A program made the position numbers and the translations under genes. Below the pieces are notes generated by a model. The model made no database searches. It saw only the letters and a program-made list of their open reading frames with translations, and had not been told where the DNA came from. From positions 17,484,001-17,548,000 of the forward strand of contig OZ193909.1 in the NCBI GenBank assembly GCA_964276515.1: a stretch of 64,000 bases of DNA, given 5' to 3'. Positions 60,902-64,000 of this stretch are shown in pieces (within the stretch, counting starts at the first letter, position 1; every line of letters begins with the position of its first letter). The stretch comes from Gordius albopunctatus. Taxonomy: Eukaryota.

Positions 60902-62308
60902 ATTGATAAAATGCTCGGCAACTCATCTTTCAACCCCATGATATGATGGGGTTGTGTGCGGAGTTCTCAAGCATTTTAACATCCTCTTCTTCTCATTCAC
61001 TTCGTTTCTCAACGCGGTGTCGCATTAAATGTGATGTATGATCTGTCATCGCATCGCCCATTGCCCAGACGAATTTTAGTAAATTTTTTCAAAACCCATC
61101 TAAATTATTGAAATCTTCTTTGTTCCTTCCAACCCTATTTATTCCATAATTTATTGGCATTCAATGCTCACATCGCATAGATAATTTCAGATGTATCTAT
61201 CTTATATCTATATATATAATGTGTAATATATTAATATTTATATCGTCGTACACGCGGCTTTGTTGACCTGATGTATGCATCAAAAAACGTATTATTTTGA
61301 CACTCACTCACCCAACACACCCCTTTCCTATGCATTCAGGACCATTTTAAATGGATCTTTTTATAACACGCGACTTTATTCTTGTTCGTTTCAAAGCGTG
61401 TCCTTCCACCTAATCTGTGTTATTCTTAATGAATCTTTCTTCGGCCGTATGTTACCTTATATCCCAATAAATTTTTAATTTGCACTAGGTGGAATTTCTA
61501 TTTTATCTGTTATATGATTTGAAATTGCACTCTCTTAGAGTTTTGAAAATAATGAGGGCATATACTTGGTTGATATAAATGGAAGGAAATCAGAATATTA
61601 AAAAGGAGCTCATCAAAATTATTTTGCCTTTGGCTCGCAGCCTAATTTTAGTGAATGGTCCCAAAGAAAATAAGAATTTTTTTAAGTTGTTTATAGAAAT
61701 CAATATTTATTACATAAATATGTGGCAGATAGTATGCATTAAAAGACTAACACACGCTCATCTCAAATGAAAGTGAAAAAACCTCTAACATTTTTAAATT
61801 GATGATGAAACTTGTATTTTAATATGTTTTAGGGTCAACAACTTAAAAGAAGATTAACAGGAAATTTGAGAACATTTTAAAAAGTATCACACGATAATTT
61901 TATTACACCACTTAGCTTGGAGTATTTTAAGGGTAGTAAGGCTAAAAATGAGATAAAACTTTTTCATAAAATATTTTTTGCGCCTCCTTAATGAGTTCTT
62001 TATTCGTACGCACCCATATATTTATTATAATATAGGCTGGCGAATAGCTGTTTTTTACTTTATTGACCAACTTAGGGCCGTCATTTAAGTAAATTTCTAA
62101 GGATAAACTTTCCATAAGTAAGTTTGACTATCCAACAAAGTAAATATCTTTTATTTTGTTATTAACTCTTACTTATTAATCATCAGCTATTTGCCGATTT
62201 ATACCTATTATAGTTTGGTACAAGTGTGCGCAACCTTGTTTATTTCAAAATGCTAGGTTAGATGAATAATTTATTTAAAGCTCGCACACCTAAAAAAGTT
62301 ATTATAGC

Positions 62309-62930
62309 TAGAGGCATGCAAAATCGAATTTTTTCAGCCCAGCCCGAAACCTTTTATTTCATTTCCCGAGCCCGAAATTATTTTTTCAGGCCCGACCCGA
62401 GCTCGGCCGATTTTTTTTGAAATGTAAATTTACAAAAAAAAATTATTTAGAATCTATAGTTGTTAGATTGCTAAGTAGCTTCAACTAAAAACGCGAGCAC
62501 GAAGTAGCACGTAAAAATGCTCGAGAGGTTAGTCGAAGCAGCCAAATCTGTTAAAGCATTTAGCAGGAGCTCGAGCAGTAAATTCGAGCAGATAGTAGAT
62601 TGAATTGCTATTGTTAAAATTTAGTAACTTACAATATTGCCTCATGGTATATTATAAAGTTATTATATTATAGTTTTATAACAAATTAAGCAGGTTGAGC
62701 ATAAAATGATGGATTGCACGATAATAAGATGAGATTGTATAATTGATTTTTTATCTTACAGCACATTTCATCTAACATAAAAGTATTTTTTCTCTCCTAT
62801 ATATAAATCCCTGCAAAATGAAATTTCTCTAAAATTTTGTAAACGATAGGTAGATTTTGTTTCGGGAAAATTTTGATTTTTGGCTAGAGCTTGGCCCAGC
62901 CGCGTTTCGGACAGCCCGCGCAGGGCTATA
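62309..62930. mobile_element. hAT-type MITE related to 12015-12688
   Basis: GCCCGA repeats; imperfect TIRs; TSD ATTATAGC at 62301-62308 and 62931-62938. Confidence 0.7.
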
Positions 62931-64000
62931 ATTATAGCTAGTTGATGTTACCTTTAAATGTATAAATTCTGAGCAAAAAACTGATTTACTTATCATTTAA
63001 AGATAAGCAATGTTAATTATAAGGTAAGTTTATAAAGCGAGCTTTTTGCGACTTTAAAAAATGAATATAATAATAAATCAGTTATTTTATTATTTATTGA
63101 CATTTGCATATCCCTTTAACATTTAGATTATTGATTTTCTTAAAAAGCGCTACCTAATTTTTACATTTCAATAACACCTGTTTATAGAATATATAATTCT
63201 TTTTCTGCAACTGGTTGGCTTTTAACTCCACTTCTGCATGGATCAATTAATATAATAGGTTTATTAAGAATCTAAGATCGATTTTTCTCAGTAAAAAGTA
63301 TATATTATATCTAATATTGCTCGCCAGTGTATCTGCCATTCCGATGAGCTTGAATTCTTCATTGTACGGCAATACAAAAGATAAAACTAGAGCCAATAAA
63401 TTGAAGTTGGTCAGCGCAGGGGAGAGGAGGAAGAAAGTGGGATAGTAGGGTTAAATATAATTTGTGTACAGGTCATTTGATCCGATCATTCGATGCATAA
63501 TTCCGCATATTTTTTAACAAAAACTATAAAACATATCATTTTTATTTTAATAATATACAAATTTTAGCTTGATAAATAGCTCGTATCTATAGGAATTAGT
63601 GTTAATAAGACAGGATGCAAATTTTAAGATATACTAATTGGATCTACGAAAAAATATGTCACAAAATATTCCAAATCCCACAGGAGAAACAAGTATTGTG
63701 CATATTACAATAATTAGGTTGTCTTATTATTTTTAATTATATCTGATTAAACATACTGGGAGGGGCTTAAGGGGACATAGGTTATAAATAAGATTTGTTT
63801 AGAAAATAGTACAAATAAAAAGTTCTGAAATGTATTACAAACTCAGCTTTTAAATATCAATATTAAATAACTAATTATTATCAAAGAAGTTTCCAAGTGA
63901 GTGTGCAAAACGTGGAGGGTTGACGCCAGCTCGGTAACTGGCCATAAAAGCCCCTCCAAAATTATGACAATTTTCCCCAAAAATTAATATTAAAACATTA

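Noticed and set aside
63180..64000. Possible exons of another gene at the window end
   Set aside because: Coding-like patches exist, but I could not fix the strand, frame or a recognisable motif

Overview
AT-rich eukaryotic (metazoan, invertebrate-like) genomic DNA, dense in transposons, with one 200-N gap (3073-3272). Five spliced host genes can be supported. Four are recognisable: POLD3 (-), an ACAT1-type thiolase (-), PIKfyve/Fab1 (+) and an IP6K-type inositol polyphosphate kinase (+). The fifth is a small secreted Gly/Tyr/Trp-rich prepropeptide (-). Many introns are only 32-38 nt. The most interesting object is a young, pol-intact Ty3/Gypsy (Mag-like) LTR retrotransposon (3509-9217, minus strand; its 3' half is mirrored at 1-3509). 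It has four unusual traits. (1) Its gag-position ORF is only a hydrophobic segment plus a zinc knuckle, with no visible capsid domain. (2) That ORF is in frame with pol across a single leaky-type UGA-CUAG stop. (3) A hairpin-rich insert lies between protease and RT. (4) An env-position ORF3 encodes a basic Cys/His-knuckle protein, apparently reached by a retrovirus-like splice from a donor just after the PBS. A decayed relative at ~36850-39310 keeps a similar ORF3 motif. Also present are a 530-bp palindrome carrying two minimal hammerhead ribozymes, a Ginger-like integrase-OTU relic, nested hAT elements and MITEs with 8-bp TSDs, non-autonomous Helitrons and RTE LINE fragments. All gene models were assembled by eye from GT-AG boundaries and motif recognition; no database searches were run.
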